From contig OZ242186.1 of assembly GCA_965205675.1 (NCBI GenBank), positions 1,568,001-1,632,000 on the forward strand: a DNA stretch of 64,000 bases, in the 5' to 3' direction. The notes under the pieces were generated by a model that saw only the letters and a list, made by a program, of their open reading frames with translations, did no database searches and was not told the origin of the DNA. This DNA is from Nitrosopumilus sp. GTDB lineage: Archaea; Thermoproteota; Nitrososphaeria; Nitrososphaerales; Nitrosopumilaceae. Shown one piece after another: positions 31,608 through 41,271 of the stretch. A program made the position numbers and the translations under genes. Each line of letters opens with the position of its first letter. Within the stretch, counting starts at the first letter, position 1.

Positions 31608-32327
31608 TGTTCTATCACTAACTATGAAATCCTCCACCGTCGTCCAAGCACAACCAATACCATGTGATACAGCCTCTGCCTGTACAACCGAACCAATTGT
31701 CGTAGTTATATGCACAGTATTGTGTGTATTTTGAGATGTCATGGATATTTCATAATCGCAGGACGACAAAGTCGTAGTTATATGCACAGTATTGTGTGTA
31801 TTTTGAGAGCCACAAGAAGATCCATGCATGGTCATTTCTTGAGAAGAACCATGACCTAGTCCTTCGTGTATTGTAGTTGAAGGAGGACTAGCTAGAAGCT
31901 GATGTTCGCCGACACCAGTTTCCCATACAGATGCCATACAAGTATCATAAGTACAACTTTTAGGTTCGCCATAAACAACTGAATGGTGGAGTGCATCAGA
32001 CCAAGCAAATGCCCTAGGTAGAACTGACTCTAACCAGTTTGAAGCTACGGTTGGCACGTCACTTGCATCTAGTTCATATGCTCTGGTATCTAGAATTTCT
32101 TGTAACACATCACCATCACATGTGTCTTGATATTTACAATGTGCAATGTTTACGATGACATTCCAGTATTTAGGATCTTGTGCAAACAATTCATCGGGAA
32201 CATTGCCTTGTTCTGCCAATCGATTAAAGTTTTCAGCAATTTGTTCGGTAAATCTTGCAAATTCTAGGCCTGTGATATTTTCAAGTTTCTGGTCAATTTC
32301 AGATATTGTATCCGGTGATCTGTATTG
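31608..32327 (-). pseudogene. Cys/His-rich probable secreted protein truncated at both ends by mobile DNA
   Basis: ORF 31569-32342 starts within a MITE and stops within the IS3 end; internal 38-bp direct repeat at 31699-31736 and 31771-31808. Confidence 0.6.
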
Positions 32328-32463
32328 TATAGCGACGATCAAAAGTTCGTGAACTAAATAATTTCAAAAAACTAGAAATCAGTTGATCTTGCCTATAGGT
32401 AAATACGAATAAACAAATTGAAACACCTAAAAAATAACCCACGAACTTATGCTTCTCGCTATA
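32328..32463. mobile_element. MITE with TATAGCGA...AAGTTCGTG inverted ends (IS630-like)
   Basis: TATAGCGACGATCAAAAGTTCGTG / CACGAACTTATGCTTCTCGCTATA. Confidence 0.65.
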
Positions 32464-32533
32464 TATCTAACCAACTATGGAATTTTCTGAGCGGTTCACT
32501 AGAATTATAAAAACCATGCAAGAAATTTCCGTT

Positions 32534-32621
32534 GCGGACGTTGCCCAGCCTGGCCAAAGGCGCTAGCTTGAGGGGCTAGTCTCTCAGGAGTACGTGGGTT
32601 CAAATCCCATCGTCCGCACCA
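32534..32621 (+). tRNA. tRNA-Leu (GAG)
   Basis: GCGGACG/CGTCCGC acceptor stem, CTAGC-TTGAGGG-GCTAG anticodon arm, long variable arm, GTTCAAATC, ends ACCA. Confidence 0.95.
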
Positions 32622-32633
32622 TAGATCTTTAAT

Positions 32634-33257
32634 CTATTTCTCTAATTTTTGTAAAATTTTGATTAACTCAGTTCTTCTTTTTTCTTCAGTAATTACAGAT
32701 CTAACATCATCTACTAGAATTCTATTTACATCGATTTTCCTTCTTGCCTCTTTTACAACTTTGTCATACATTGAAAAAGTGTAAAGTTGAAGATACAAGT
32801 TTTCCATTATTTCAAAAATCCTCGCTGCCTCATCAATTTTATCCATTCTAATTTTATCAAATACCTGTCTTTTCAACTCACCAACACAATCAAGTAATCC
32901 TAAAACATATGATTCTGGCATTACTGCCAATTTTTTATCTGATGGAATTTCTTTTTTCTCTACAATTGCAATTAAACATGCAGCCTCTACAAATTCTTGT
33001 TCAGGTGTAATTAGATATCTTCTTAATCCACCTATTGCTTTTTTCTTATATTTTTTTAATAATGTCTCTGCTTGTTTTAGATTATTTTTTCCAGTTATTA
33101 GATCTCCTTTGTGAACCGCAATAATTGATTTACTGCAGAGGATTATTATTTCTCTTGTGTTTTTTAATAAAAATTCTCTAGAGTCTTGAGTAGTTCCTAA
33201 ATCTTTTGCAATTTTACTTAAGGATGGTTTTACATTTTTTAATGTCATGTTTACCAA
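32634..33257 (-). CDS. Translin/Trax-family protein
   Basis: QEFVEA and YVLGLLDCVGELKR motifs. Confidence 0.88.
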   Translation of the reverse strand: MVNMTLKNVKPSLSKIAKDLGTTQDSREFLLKNTREIIILCSKSIIAVHKGDLITGKNNLKQAETLLKKYKKKAIGGLRRYLITPEQEFVEAACLIAIVEKKEIPSDKKLAVMPESYVLGLLDCVGELKRQVFDKIRMDKIDEAARIFEIMENLYLQLYTFSMYDKVVKEARRKIDVNRILVDDVRSVITEEKRRTELIKILQKLEK

Positions 33258-33371
33258 TGTTTTGAAACTAGGATAAAGTCGTTTGCTAAACAGGCTTTTG
33301 ATATCAAATTCCCATTTGGAGATGGATAATACGCTTTAGTTCATAATTCTTACATAATGCCAATATTGAAG

Positions 33372-33578
33372 TTATGGAAATCTTCCTTCATCGATTAATT
33401 CTTTGTATACTGTTGATTCAATACGGCTTTGTGCTGAGCTACATTTACTACACATGCCTGTTTCATCAGGATTTTCTTTAATTTTCTTCTCACATTCTAC
33501 ACATTTGTTAATGCCTTTTTTGAACCCCATACCTCTGATGGGATAATTGTTATTCATAAAACATTCCCTTTTAGACAT
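33372..33578 (-). CDS. Small Zn-finger-like protein
   Basis: CVEC...CSKC. Confidence 0.6.
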   Translation of the reverse strand: MSKRECFMNNNYPIRGMGFKKGINKCVECEKKIKENPDETGMCSKCSSAQSRIESTVYKELIDEGRFP

Positions 33579-33626
33579 AGTTCATACTTTCAAAGCTCTT
33601 ATTTTGGATATAATTTCATAAAAGAT

Positions 33627-34274
33627 ATGAGAATTACTGTTGATCAAATGTACAATATTGAAAATAAAGGCCATGACATGGGATTTTTGAAAAAATTTAT
33701 GATGGAAAATGCAGGAGCTGCAGCAGTTAGACGATTACTTGAAAAAATTGGCAATGTGGAATCAAAAAATATTTTGATTTTTGTAGGATTGGGTAACAAT
33801 GGAGGTGATGGTTTAGTAATGGCAAGACATCTGGCAGGCTATACTGCCAAAGTTACAGTAATGCTTCTTGGCAATCCTGATAAAATAAAAACTGAGGAAA
33901 GTAATTGGAATTGGTCAATTTTAGAAAAAATGCCGTCTGTGAAATTATTGAGTGGTGATTCTTTGAAATTTGATTTTAATCCTGATGTGATAATTGATGG
34001 CATTTTAGGTACTGGAATTTCTGGAGAGATTAGAGAACCATATGCATCTGCAATAGACTATATCAATAAAACAGATTGTTACAAATTTGCAGTGGACGTT
34101 CCATCGGGATTAGATCCACAAACGGGAGCAACAGCAAATATTTACACAAAATGTAACATGACAGTTACTTTTCACAAAATGAAAGAAGGCATTCCTAAGC
34201 GTAAAGATTTGACTGGGGAATTGTTTGCAGAAAAAATTGGAATTCCCCCAGAAGCTGAAGAGGGCATATTATGA
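33627..34274 (+). CDS. nnrE: NAD(P)HX epimerase (YjeF N-terminal)
   Basis: MENAG, GNNGGDG, DGILGTG, AVDVPSG. Confidence 0.92.
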   Translation: MRITVDQMYNIENKGHDMGFLKKFMMENAGAAAVRRLLEKIGNVESKNILIFVGLGNNGGDGLVMARHLAGYTAKVTVMLLGNPDKIKTEESNWNWSILEKMPSVKLLSGDSLKFDFNPDVIIDGILGTGISGEIREPYASAIDYINKTDCYKFAVDVPSGLDPQTGATANIYTKCNMTVTFHKMKEGIPKRKDLTGELFAEKIGIPPEAEEGIL

Positions 34275-34879
34275 GAGTACATCAAATTCAAGTCGGGAAC
34301 ATGCAGAATTTTTCATATCTTGTTGAGGATGAAGATACTAGCCAAACAATCATAATTGATCCTTCTTGGGATTTGATAGAATTAGAAATGATCATTAAAG
34401 AAAATAACTTGAAAATCAAATACATTGTAAACACACACCATCATTTCGATCATACTCTGGGAAATGATGAAATGGTAAAATCTACCAAAGCCCCCATAAT
34501 CCAACATGAAAATTCAGAATTAAAGCATGATATCACAGTAAAAAATGGTGATTTCATTGAATTTGGAAATTCAAAATTAAAAGTGCTTCACACTCCTGGG
34601 CATTCTCAAGATAGCATTTGTCTTGTAGGCGATGGAAAAATTTTTTCTGGTGATACATTATTTGTTGGAAATTGTGGTAGAATTGATTTGCCTGGAGGTT
34701 CTGCAAAAGATCTCTATCATAGTCTATTTGATATTTTGTATAATTTAGATGAAAATTTAGTCATGTATTCAGGCCATAATTATGGATCTTCTAGGATTTC
34801 TACTCTGGCACAAGAAAAAATTACTAACCATGTAATGCAAAAACGGACTGAACAAGAGTTTCTTGACATGATGGGTTAG
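34271..34879 (+). CDS. Glyoxalase II-like metallo-beta-lactamase hydrolase
   Basis: THHHFDH, HTPGHS, SGDTLF, GHNY. Confidence 0.9.
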   Translation: MRVHQIQVGNMQNFSYLVEDEDTSQTIIIDPSWDLIELEMIIKENNLKIKYIVNTHHHFDHTLGNDEMVKSTKAPIIQHENSELKHDITVKNGDFIEFGNSKLKVLHTPGHSQDSICLVGDGKIFSGDTLFVGNCGRIDLPGGSAKDLYHSLFDILYNLDENLVMYSGHNYGSSRISTLAQEKITNHVMQKRTEQEFLDMMG

Positions 34880-35952
34880 TGATTCTGATGGAAAATTTTG
34901 AATTATTTGGAAATAAAGATCAAGGCAAAAACTTTCTTGAATCTATAAAATCTGGAAAATTTCTTTTTTCATTTGTCATCTCTTATACTGAAACATGCGA
35001 AATCCCTGGAATTACTTTTGCAGGCATAGATAGGGATTCAATTCAGTTTACTCCTCCTGCAGATGCTGAATATCTTCATTATGGATATTGTAAAACAATT
35101 GATAAAATTCCAATGACCCCTGACGGTAAGCCAACTCCCGGATTACTTACTAAAGCGGCATTGGAATCTGCCAGTATTCCTCATTTAACAATAAATGCAG
35201 GTAGTAAAATCCATCCACAACTCCCATTCATGGATACAGGTATGACGTTTGGAAAAAATATTTCAGTTCAAGACGCTATGACTGATACTCAAGTATCTCA
35301 CGCTGTAGATTATGGAAGAATTGTTGGTAGAAGTATGGCATCACTTACTGATTGTTTAGTAATTGGTGAAAGTATTCCTGGAGGTACTACTACTGCGCTA
35401 GCTGTTTTGAAAGCATTAGGTTTTAATGCTAAAGTTAGTTCAAGCATTCCTGATAATCCAATTGAATTAAAAAATCAAATTGCTAAATCGGCAATAGAAA
35501 GAATAGACTCTGATCATCCATACAGTATTGTAGCAAAAGTTGGTGATCCTATGATTCCTTTTGTGGCAGGAATGTTAAGTTCAGCATCTAGTGTATCAAA
35601 TGTCATGTTAGCTGGCGGAACACAGATGGCAGCTGTTTTGGCATTTGCATCCAAAATTGGATTTAATAAAGAAAATACTGCAATAGGAACAACTTCTTAC
35701 ATCACTGATGATAGCAGTGCAAATTTCACTAGCATTATAAAAGAAATTACGGATATCCCTGTAATTTCGGTAAATCCGGGATTACAAAATTCGCGTTATT
35801 CTGGTTTGAAGGCATTTTCTGAAGGATTTGCAAAAGAAGGAGTGGGAGCTGGTGGAAGTATTATTTCTTCAATGATTAAAACTGGAAATAATTCTACAAA
35901 ATTTTTAGATCTCGTGGAGAAAGAGTATCATAGATTATTTACTTCACTGTAA
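34879..35952 (+). CDS. cobT: Archaeal nicotinate mononucleotide-dependent phosphoribosyltransferase CobT
   Basis: GESIPGGTTTA, GDPM, LAGGTQMAAV, KEGVGAGG. Confidence 0.88.
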   Translation: MILMENFELFGNKDQGKNFLESIKSGKFLFSFVISYTETCEIPGITFAGIDRDSIQFTPPADAEYLHYGYCKTIDKIPMTPDGKPTPGLLTKAALESASIPHLTINAGSKIHPQLPFMDTGMTFGKNISVQDAMTDTQVSHAVDYGRIVGRSMASLTDCLVIGESIPGGTTTALAVLKALGFNAKVSSSIPDNPIELKNQIAKSAIERIDSDHPYSIVAKVGDPMIPFVAGMLSSASSVSNVMLAGGTQMAAVLAFASKIGFNKENTAIGTTSYITDDSSANFTSIIKEITDIPVISVNPGLQNSRYSGLKAFSEGFAKEGVGAGGSIISSMIKTGNNSTKFLDLVEKEYHRLFTSL

Positions 35953-37699
35953 CTGATTTTGCAAGATTTCTAGGATAATCCGGATCAGTATCTTTCTCAA
36001 GTGCTGCATAATATGATAATAGTTGAATTGGGATTATCGTTGAAATTGGATACAACACTTCATCTATTTTTGGAACTTGTATCCAATAATCATAAACGTT
36101 ACTTTCCATATCTGAAACTCCAATAATTTTTGCTCCACGTGCTTTAATCTCTCTTGCACTTGTAAGTGTATCAGCATACGTTGAATCATTTGGATTGATA
36201 ATTATTACGAAAACATTTGAATCCATCAATGCAAGTGGGCCGTGTTTTAATTCCCCTCCTGCAATTCCTTCGGCATGAATATATGTTAATTCTTTTAGTT
36301 TTAGTGCTGCTTCTATAGCAATAGGATAATTTATTCCTCTACCTAAAATATAAACATCTGAAATTTCTTTTAATTCTTTTGCAATCTGTTGAATTTTTGT
36401 TGGATTCTCTAATATTTTTAAAACTGATTTTGAGAAATTTTCAAAATTAATTGTTATGTTATTGTTACTTAATTTTTTGACAATTTTATATAATATTACG
36501 AGTTGTGATGTAAAACTTTTTGTTGCAGCTACTCCAATTTCAGGTCCACAATTCATTCCAATTGCTACATCTGCTTCACGTGCAAGCGATGATGTCATTA
36601 AATTAACAATTGCAATAATTTTACAATTTGCTTCTTTGCCAATTTTTACTGTATCTAAGACGTCTGCACTTTCTCCACTTTGAGATATTGCAATTATGAC
36701 GGAATTTTCCTCAATACTGTCTGGTGCAAATTGGAGTTCACTTGACATAACTGGATCGACTTTGACTTTGACATATTTTGATAAAATCTGTTTTGCGATA
36801 AGTGCAGAATTGTAACTGGTTCCACTTCCAGTTACATAGATATTTTTTGCATGTTTGATATAATCTGCAGTTGTTTCAATTGCTTCTTTAGTTTTTTCTC
36901 CTGCTTTCAATATAGTTTCATGTTGCTCGTAAATTTCTTTTAATGTAAAATGGGCATAATCTCCTTTGTATGCATCACCAAATTCTTTAGATACTTTTGT
37001 GATTCCATATTTTGCATGTTCTCCTTGAAAATCTAAAATTTGAAATTTATTTTTATCTAATATCACAAAATTTCCATTTTCTAAATAAATTGCATTATCT
37101 GTAAACTCGATGAATCCTAAAACATCGCTTGACAAAAAGAAATCATTTTGACCGACTCCTATGATTAGCGGCTCATGAAATCTTGCAGCTGCTAGTTGGC
37201 CATTTTCAAATATTGCAACAAATGCATAATGCCCTTTAATTTCTGAGACCGTTTTCAAAATTGTTTCTTTAACATCTTTTGTTTTTTCATAATGTTTTTG
37301 AAGCAAGTTTGCAATAATTTCACTATCAGTTTCACTTTTGAAATCATATCCTTTATCTTGTAATTGTTTTTTTAATTCTTCAAAATTTTCTATTATTCCA
37401 TTATGTACTATGGCAATTTTTCCGGAATTGCTTGGATGTGGATGTGCATTAAAATCAGTTACTTTTCCATGAGTTGCCCATCTTGTGTGTCCAATACCGA
37501 TTTTCCCTGGAAGGGAATCAAGTTGAATTTTTGAATTGACGTCGTCAACTTTCCCAATCCCTTTTTTTAATTCAATTCGATGATCAGATTCTGTTGCAAT
37601 TCCCACACTATCATATCCACGATATTCCATTCTTTTTAGCCCCCTGACAATTATAGGTGCTGCAATTTCATTCCCACAATATCCAATAATCGAACACAT
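35939..37699 (-). CDS. glmS: Glutamine-fructose-6-phosphate aminotransferase
   Basis: N-terminal Cys, EYRGYDS, HTRWATHG, SQSGESAD, ELKHGP, PRNLAKSVTV. Confidence 0.97.
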   Translation of the reverse strand: MCSIIGYCGNEIAAPIIVRGLKRMEYRGYDSVGIATESDHRIELKKGIGKVDDVNSKIQLDSLPGKIGIGHTRWATHGKVTDFNAHPHPSNSGKIAIVHNGIIENFEELKKQLQDKGYDFKSETDSEIIANLLQKHYEKTKDVKETILKTVSEIKGHYAFVAIFENGQLAAARFHEPLIIGVGQNDFFLSSDVLGFIEFTDNAIYLENGNFVILDKNKFQILDFQGEHAKYGITKVSKEFGDAYKGDYAHFTLKEIYEQHETILKAGEKTKEAIETTADYIKHAKNIYVTGSGTSYNSALIAKQILSKYVKVKVDPVMSSELQFAPDSIEENSVIIAISQSGESADVLDTVKIGKEANCKIIAIVNLMTSSLAREADVAIGMNCGPEIGVAATKSFTSQLVILYKIVKKLSNNNITINFENFSKSVLKILENPTKIQQIAKELKEISDVYILGRGINYPIAIEAALKLKELTYIHAEGIAGGELKHGPLALMDSNVFVIIINPNDSTYADTLTSAREIKARGAKIIGVSDMESNVYDYWIQVPKIDEVLYPISTIIPIQLLSYYAALEKDTDPDYPRNLAKSVTVK

Positions 37700-37739
37700 T
37701 ATGATCTTCTTTAATAATTGGGGTTATTTACGGATAAGC

Positions 37740-38342
37740 CTATTTTTTTGATTGTTCAGTTGAAGAATTTTCATTTTTTGGTGCTTCATCCAGAGTATCT
37801 TCAGTTGTTTCAGCAGTTTCTGTTATTGGATCTTCTCTCTTTGTCTTCTCTAATACTTGAGGGATTTTTGATTCTGGTGCAAAATGAACGCTTTGTTCTT
37901 CTTCAACTGTTACTATATACGATGGAATGTTTACTTTCCTTTCGCCAATCATTATGTGACCATGAATTACTGCTTGTCTTGCTTGATATGGTGTTTTAAA
38001 TCCAAGTTTCTTTGTAACAATAGTTTGTAATCTTCTTGAAAGTAAATCAGTTGCATTTAAATTTAACACATCATCTAATGTTGCATCATCACTTACCAAT
38101 CCAATTCTTGTAAGAGATTTCATCAAGATTGGCTCTTTTTCTGCTCTAATTTCTTGTCTTAGTGCAAGCAATGATCTAGCTTGATGCCTTACACGCGATA
38201 ATTCTGTATGGGCTTTCCATAACTCTCTTTTAGTTCTTAATCCAAATGTTCCTATAGTTTTCAACTCACCCATTTTTAATTCATAATTTAGTGGTCTTTT
38301 TGGTTTTCTCCATACTTTACGTGGATATTTTGGATCTCCCAT
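37740..38342 (-). CDS. rps4: 30S ribosomal protein uS4
   Basis: MGDPKYPRK, RRLQT, ARQAVIHGHI. Confidence 0.96.
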   Translation of the reverse strand: MGDPKYPRKVWRKPKRPLNYELKMGELKTIGTFGLRTKRELWKAHTELSRVRHQARSLLALRQEIRAEKEPILMKSLTRIGLVSDDATLDDVLNLNATDLLSRRLQTIVTKKLGFKTPYQARQAVIHGHIMIGERKVNIPSYIVTVEEEQSVHFAPESKIPQVLEKTKREDPITETAETTEDTLDEAPKNENSSTEQSKK

Positions 38343-38351
38343 TCAAATCAC

Positions 38352-38909
38352 TTATTCTTTTTTCTCCACTACTGGAGTTTCAGCAGGAGGAGGGACTGCA
38401 CCTTCTGCAGGAGCTGCTACGGCAGGGGCACCTGCACCTCCTTTCTTAACGGGAGCTGCCAATCCACCTTTAGCTACGCCGACTGCTCCTCCTTTTCTAC
38501 CTGATGTTCTAGTTCTTTGTCCTCTAACTTTAAGACCGCTTAGATGACGATAACCTCTCCAACTTGCAGTAACTCTTTCTCGTTCAATATCGTTTCTTAA
38601 TGTAAATGGAATATCTGATGTTAGTAAATGTAAATCTGCACCAGTTTCAATATCTTTTCTTCTGTTAAGGAACCATGGTGGAAAATTACTTTCAATTGGA
38701 TCTGTGATTAATTTTTCAATTGCTTTGACATTTTCATCTGTGAGATTACCGATGTTGGAATTTGGATTAATTTTCAAAGTATCAAGAATCGCAGTTGCAA
38801 AATTAAAGCCTAGGCCTTTGATTTGGGTTAATCCAATCACAACTTTTTTCTCCCCTTTAATGTCATTTCCGACAATTCTAACAATATGTCTATATTCTTG
38901 TGCGCTCAA
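38352..38909 (-). CDS. rps13: 30S ribosomal protein uS13
   Basis: [29 protein letters not shown]. Confidence 0.96.
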   Translation of the reverse strand: MSAQEYRHIVRIVGNDIKGEKKVVIGLTQIKGLGFNFATAILDTLKINPNSNIGNLTDENVKAIEKLITDPIESNFPPWFLNRRKDIETGADLHLLTSDIPFTLRNDIERERVTASWRGYRHLSGLKVRGQRTRTSGRKGGAVGVAKGGLAAPVKKGGAGAPAVAAPAEGAVPPPAETPVVEKKE

Positions 38910-39034
38910 GTATTCAAAAATTCAAAGAATCCCAGATAAAAACCATGCTAGGCATCAAATTAGAGGGTTTTTAAAATATGTTGCAATTCTAGGTTTCAAG
39001 ATCGTACTTGGAGTTCATATTTTGTTGTTCTGAA

Positions 39035-39187
39035 TTATCTATAGTCTTCATCACTTGTCCAGTCATTGCCCTGAACATTCCATTGGTTACATTTACAGCA
39101 TTTTTTGATACCTCGCTGAGCGTCAATATCTACACAAAAACAATGTACACCTTTACCTGATAGATCCTTACTGCAAAGTTTTTGCAT
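39035..39187 (-). CDS. 50-aa Cys-rich small protein (below the ORF-track cutoff)
   Basis: MQKLCSKDLSGKGVHCFCVDIDAQRGIKKCCKCNQWNVQGNDWTSDEDYR. Confidence 0.55.
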   Translation of the reverse strand: MQKLCSKDLSGKGVHCFCVDIDAQRGIKKCCKCNQWNVQGNDWTSDEDYR

Positions 39188-39271
39188 GTTTTTACTGGAT
39201 AATTTTTCTTAATTATCTTATTGGAATGATGTATTCAAAAAGTTATAACTTTCTAAAATCTGTATCTTATC

Positions 39272-39583
39272 ATGAGTGATACATATGATCGAGAAAAAAT
39301 TGTAAATTGTATGTTTGATCCTATAACTTCATCTATTTTAGCAGAATTAGAAGACGGTGAAAAAGAATGCTTATTTTTGGCCAAGCAATCAAATATTTTG
39401 GAATCTGAGGTTTTAGAACGATTATCTTATTTGATTGAGCATGGATTTATTTCTAAAAATTGTAACGATCGAAAATGCGTACTTGTAGCAAATTCTGATA
39501 AACTTACAGGCATTATAGAAGATGATGATAATTTTGATGCTGCTGTAAGTGGATTAGAAAAAATGGATAGTTATCTAAACTAG
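39272..39583 (+). CDS. Winged-helix-like protein
   Basis: FDPITSSILAELEDG...RLSYLIEHGFI (ArsR-like pattern). Confidence 0.65.
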   Translation: MSDTYDREKIVNCMFDPITSSILAELEDGEKECLFLAKQSNILESEVLERLSYLIEHGFISKNCNDRKCVLVANSDKLTGIIEDDDNFDAAVSGLEKMDSYLN

Positions 39584-40093
39584 TTTTTTTCTATTTCGGA
39601 TTTCATATATTCCGCTAACAAGTAGTCCCATCATTCCAACAACAATGATGACAAATGAAATAATGGAAAGAATGAATTTTTTATCTGTATCTGGAAGAGG
39701 GCCAATTGCACCTGTCACATAAATTTCTTCATTTGTAGTGCTTTGAATTACTAATTGATATGTTCCAGATTCAAATATTTCAAATTCTTTTTCAATGAAT
39801 TGTTCATTGATATCTTGGGAAATAATTTCGATGTTTGTTGGGTCTATTATTTTTGCAGATATTGTATTTTTTTCAAACTCCATTATTTGAACTGCAAAAA
39901 TACCTCTTGGTGTTTCTTCTTTATGCATATCTACTGAGACGGTAACTGTTTCACTTGTTGTTACTTTTCCATTTCCTTGTTTAATTCCCTCCAATGTAAC
40001 TTGATTTTCAATTACTGATGTTATTAATCCTCCCACAATTAATATTCCAAAAATTACAATTAACAATCCTGATTTTTGCATAGATTTAGGCAT
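39575..40093 (-). CDS. Hypothetical membrane protein (N- and C-terminal TM)
   Basis: Hydropathy pattern. Confidence 0.7.
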   Translation of the reverse strand: MPKSMQKSGLLIVIFGILIVGGLITSVIENQVTLEGIKQGNGKVTTSETVTVSVDMHKEETPRGIFAVQIMEFEKNTISAKIIDPTNIEIISQDINEQFIEKEFEIFESGTYQLVIQSTTNEEIYVTGAIGPLPDTDKKFILSIISFVIIVVGMMGLLVSGIYEIRNRKKLV

Positions 40094-40101
40094 AATTCGC
40101 T

Positions 40102-40182
40102 TTAGTTTAAACCTAATTTTTCAAAATTTATTAGCCTTGTATAACAAAGTTAGATTAGGCTAAAAAAGTTAGCTCAGGGTAA
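40102..40182. promoter_or_regulatory. Putative DtxR/MntR-type metal-regulator boxes
   Basis: TTAG-N6-NTAA at 40131, 40150 and 40169 (19-bp phase), plus TTAG-N7-CTAA at 40102, upstream of the MCO/ZIP operon. Confidence 0.55.
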
Positions 40183-40197
40183 CTTTAAATAAAGATT

Positions 40198-41271
40198 TTG
40201 GATTTTTTGGATATCTTGCAAATTGGACGATCAATTATTATGATTTCATTACTTGTAATAATAATTAGTTTTTCAACAATTGTGTTTTTTCCCATATCTG
40301 ATGCTCAATCCAAATCTAAAACATTTGTAACTCATTCAGGTGCGGTAATCCAAACATCTGGTGACGTTTTAGATCCATTATACACTGTATCTACAGTTGA
40401 GTTTGATCCAATGAAATATCTGAGAGATTTCAACTATGGACGAATTTCTCAAACACCTGATGATAAAACTATTAGAGAATTTACGATAGTTGCTGAAGAC
40501 GATAAAATTATGGAGGTTTCCCCTGGTGTATTTTATAACGTTTGGACTTTTAATGGAACTGTTCCAGGTCCAACTATTAGAGCAACAGAAGGAGACTTGC
40601 TTCGAATACATTTCATCAATAATGGCTCTAAAGAACACACAATACATTTCCATGGGATTCATCCTGCGGGAATGGATGGCGTATTTGAACCTGTAGGAGG
40701 CAATGGTGGACAATTCATATATGAATTTGAAGCTGGACCTGTTGGCGTACATCCCTATCACTGTCACGTTATGCCTCTTGAGGAACACATAGTTCATGGT
40801 CTTTATGGTGTTTTCATAGTTGATCCAAAAGAAGATCGTCCACCTGCTGATGAAATGGTTATGGTGTTAAATGGATTGGATACTGATTTTGATGCTGAAA
40901 ATAATTTTTATGCTGTAAACACTATTCCATTTTATTATCAACACCATCCAATTCAGATCAACACTAATGAGTTAATCCGAGTTTATGTTGTTAATATGGT
41001 TGAATTTGATCCTATCAATAATCTACACCTACATGGAAATTTATACAAATACTATCCTACCGGAACGGATCTTGTACCTTCTTTTTACACCGATATGATC
41101 ACTTTATCTCAAACTGAGCGTGGAATAATGGAATTTCAATATGATTTTCCAGGAAAATACCTTTTTCATGCTCATAAAGTTGAATTCTCTGAAAAAGGTT
41201 GGGTTGGCATCTTTCTTGTAAATGATTCAGATGAACAAAATATTCCGGTACTAGATTATGGAACTTCGTGA
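40198..41271 (+). CDS. Two-domain multicopper oxidase
   Basis: HTIHFHG, YHCHVMPLEEHIVHG, HLHG, FHAH; N-terminal TM/signal. Confidence 0.88.
   Translation: MDFLDILQIGRSIIMISLLVIIISFSTIVFFPISDAQSKSKTFVTHSGAVIQTSGDVLDPLYTVSTVEFDPMKYLRDFNYGRISQTPDDKTIREFTIVAEDDKIMEVSPGVFYNVWTFNGTVPGPTIRATEGDLLRIHFINNGSKEHTIHFHGIHPAGMDGVFEPVGGNGGQFIYEFEAGPVGVHPYHCHVMPLEEHIVHGLYGVFIVDPKEDRPPADEMVMVLNGLDTDFDAENNFYAVNTIPFYYQHHPIQINTNELIRVYVVNMVEFDPINNLHLHGNLYKYYPTGTDLVPSFYTDMITLSQTERGIMEFQYDFPGKYLFHAHKVEFSEKGWVGIFLVNDSDEQNIPVLDYGTS

Noticed and set aside
31699-31808. DGR template/variable repeat pair
   Set aside because: The copies are identical, in frame and adjacent, with no adenine-specific mismatches and no reverse transcriptase in the window.
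40198-41271. Nitrite reductase NirK
   Set aside because: HxH motifs in both domains and coupling to a ZIP permease fit a two-domain MCO better; not provable without phylogeny.
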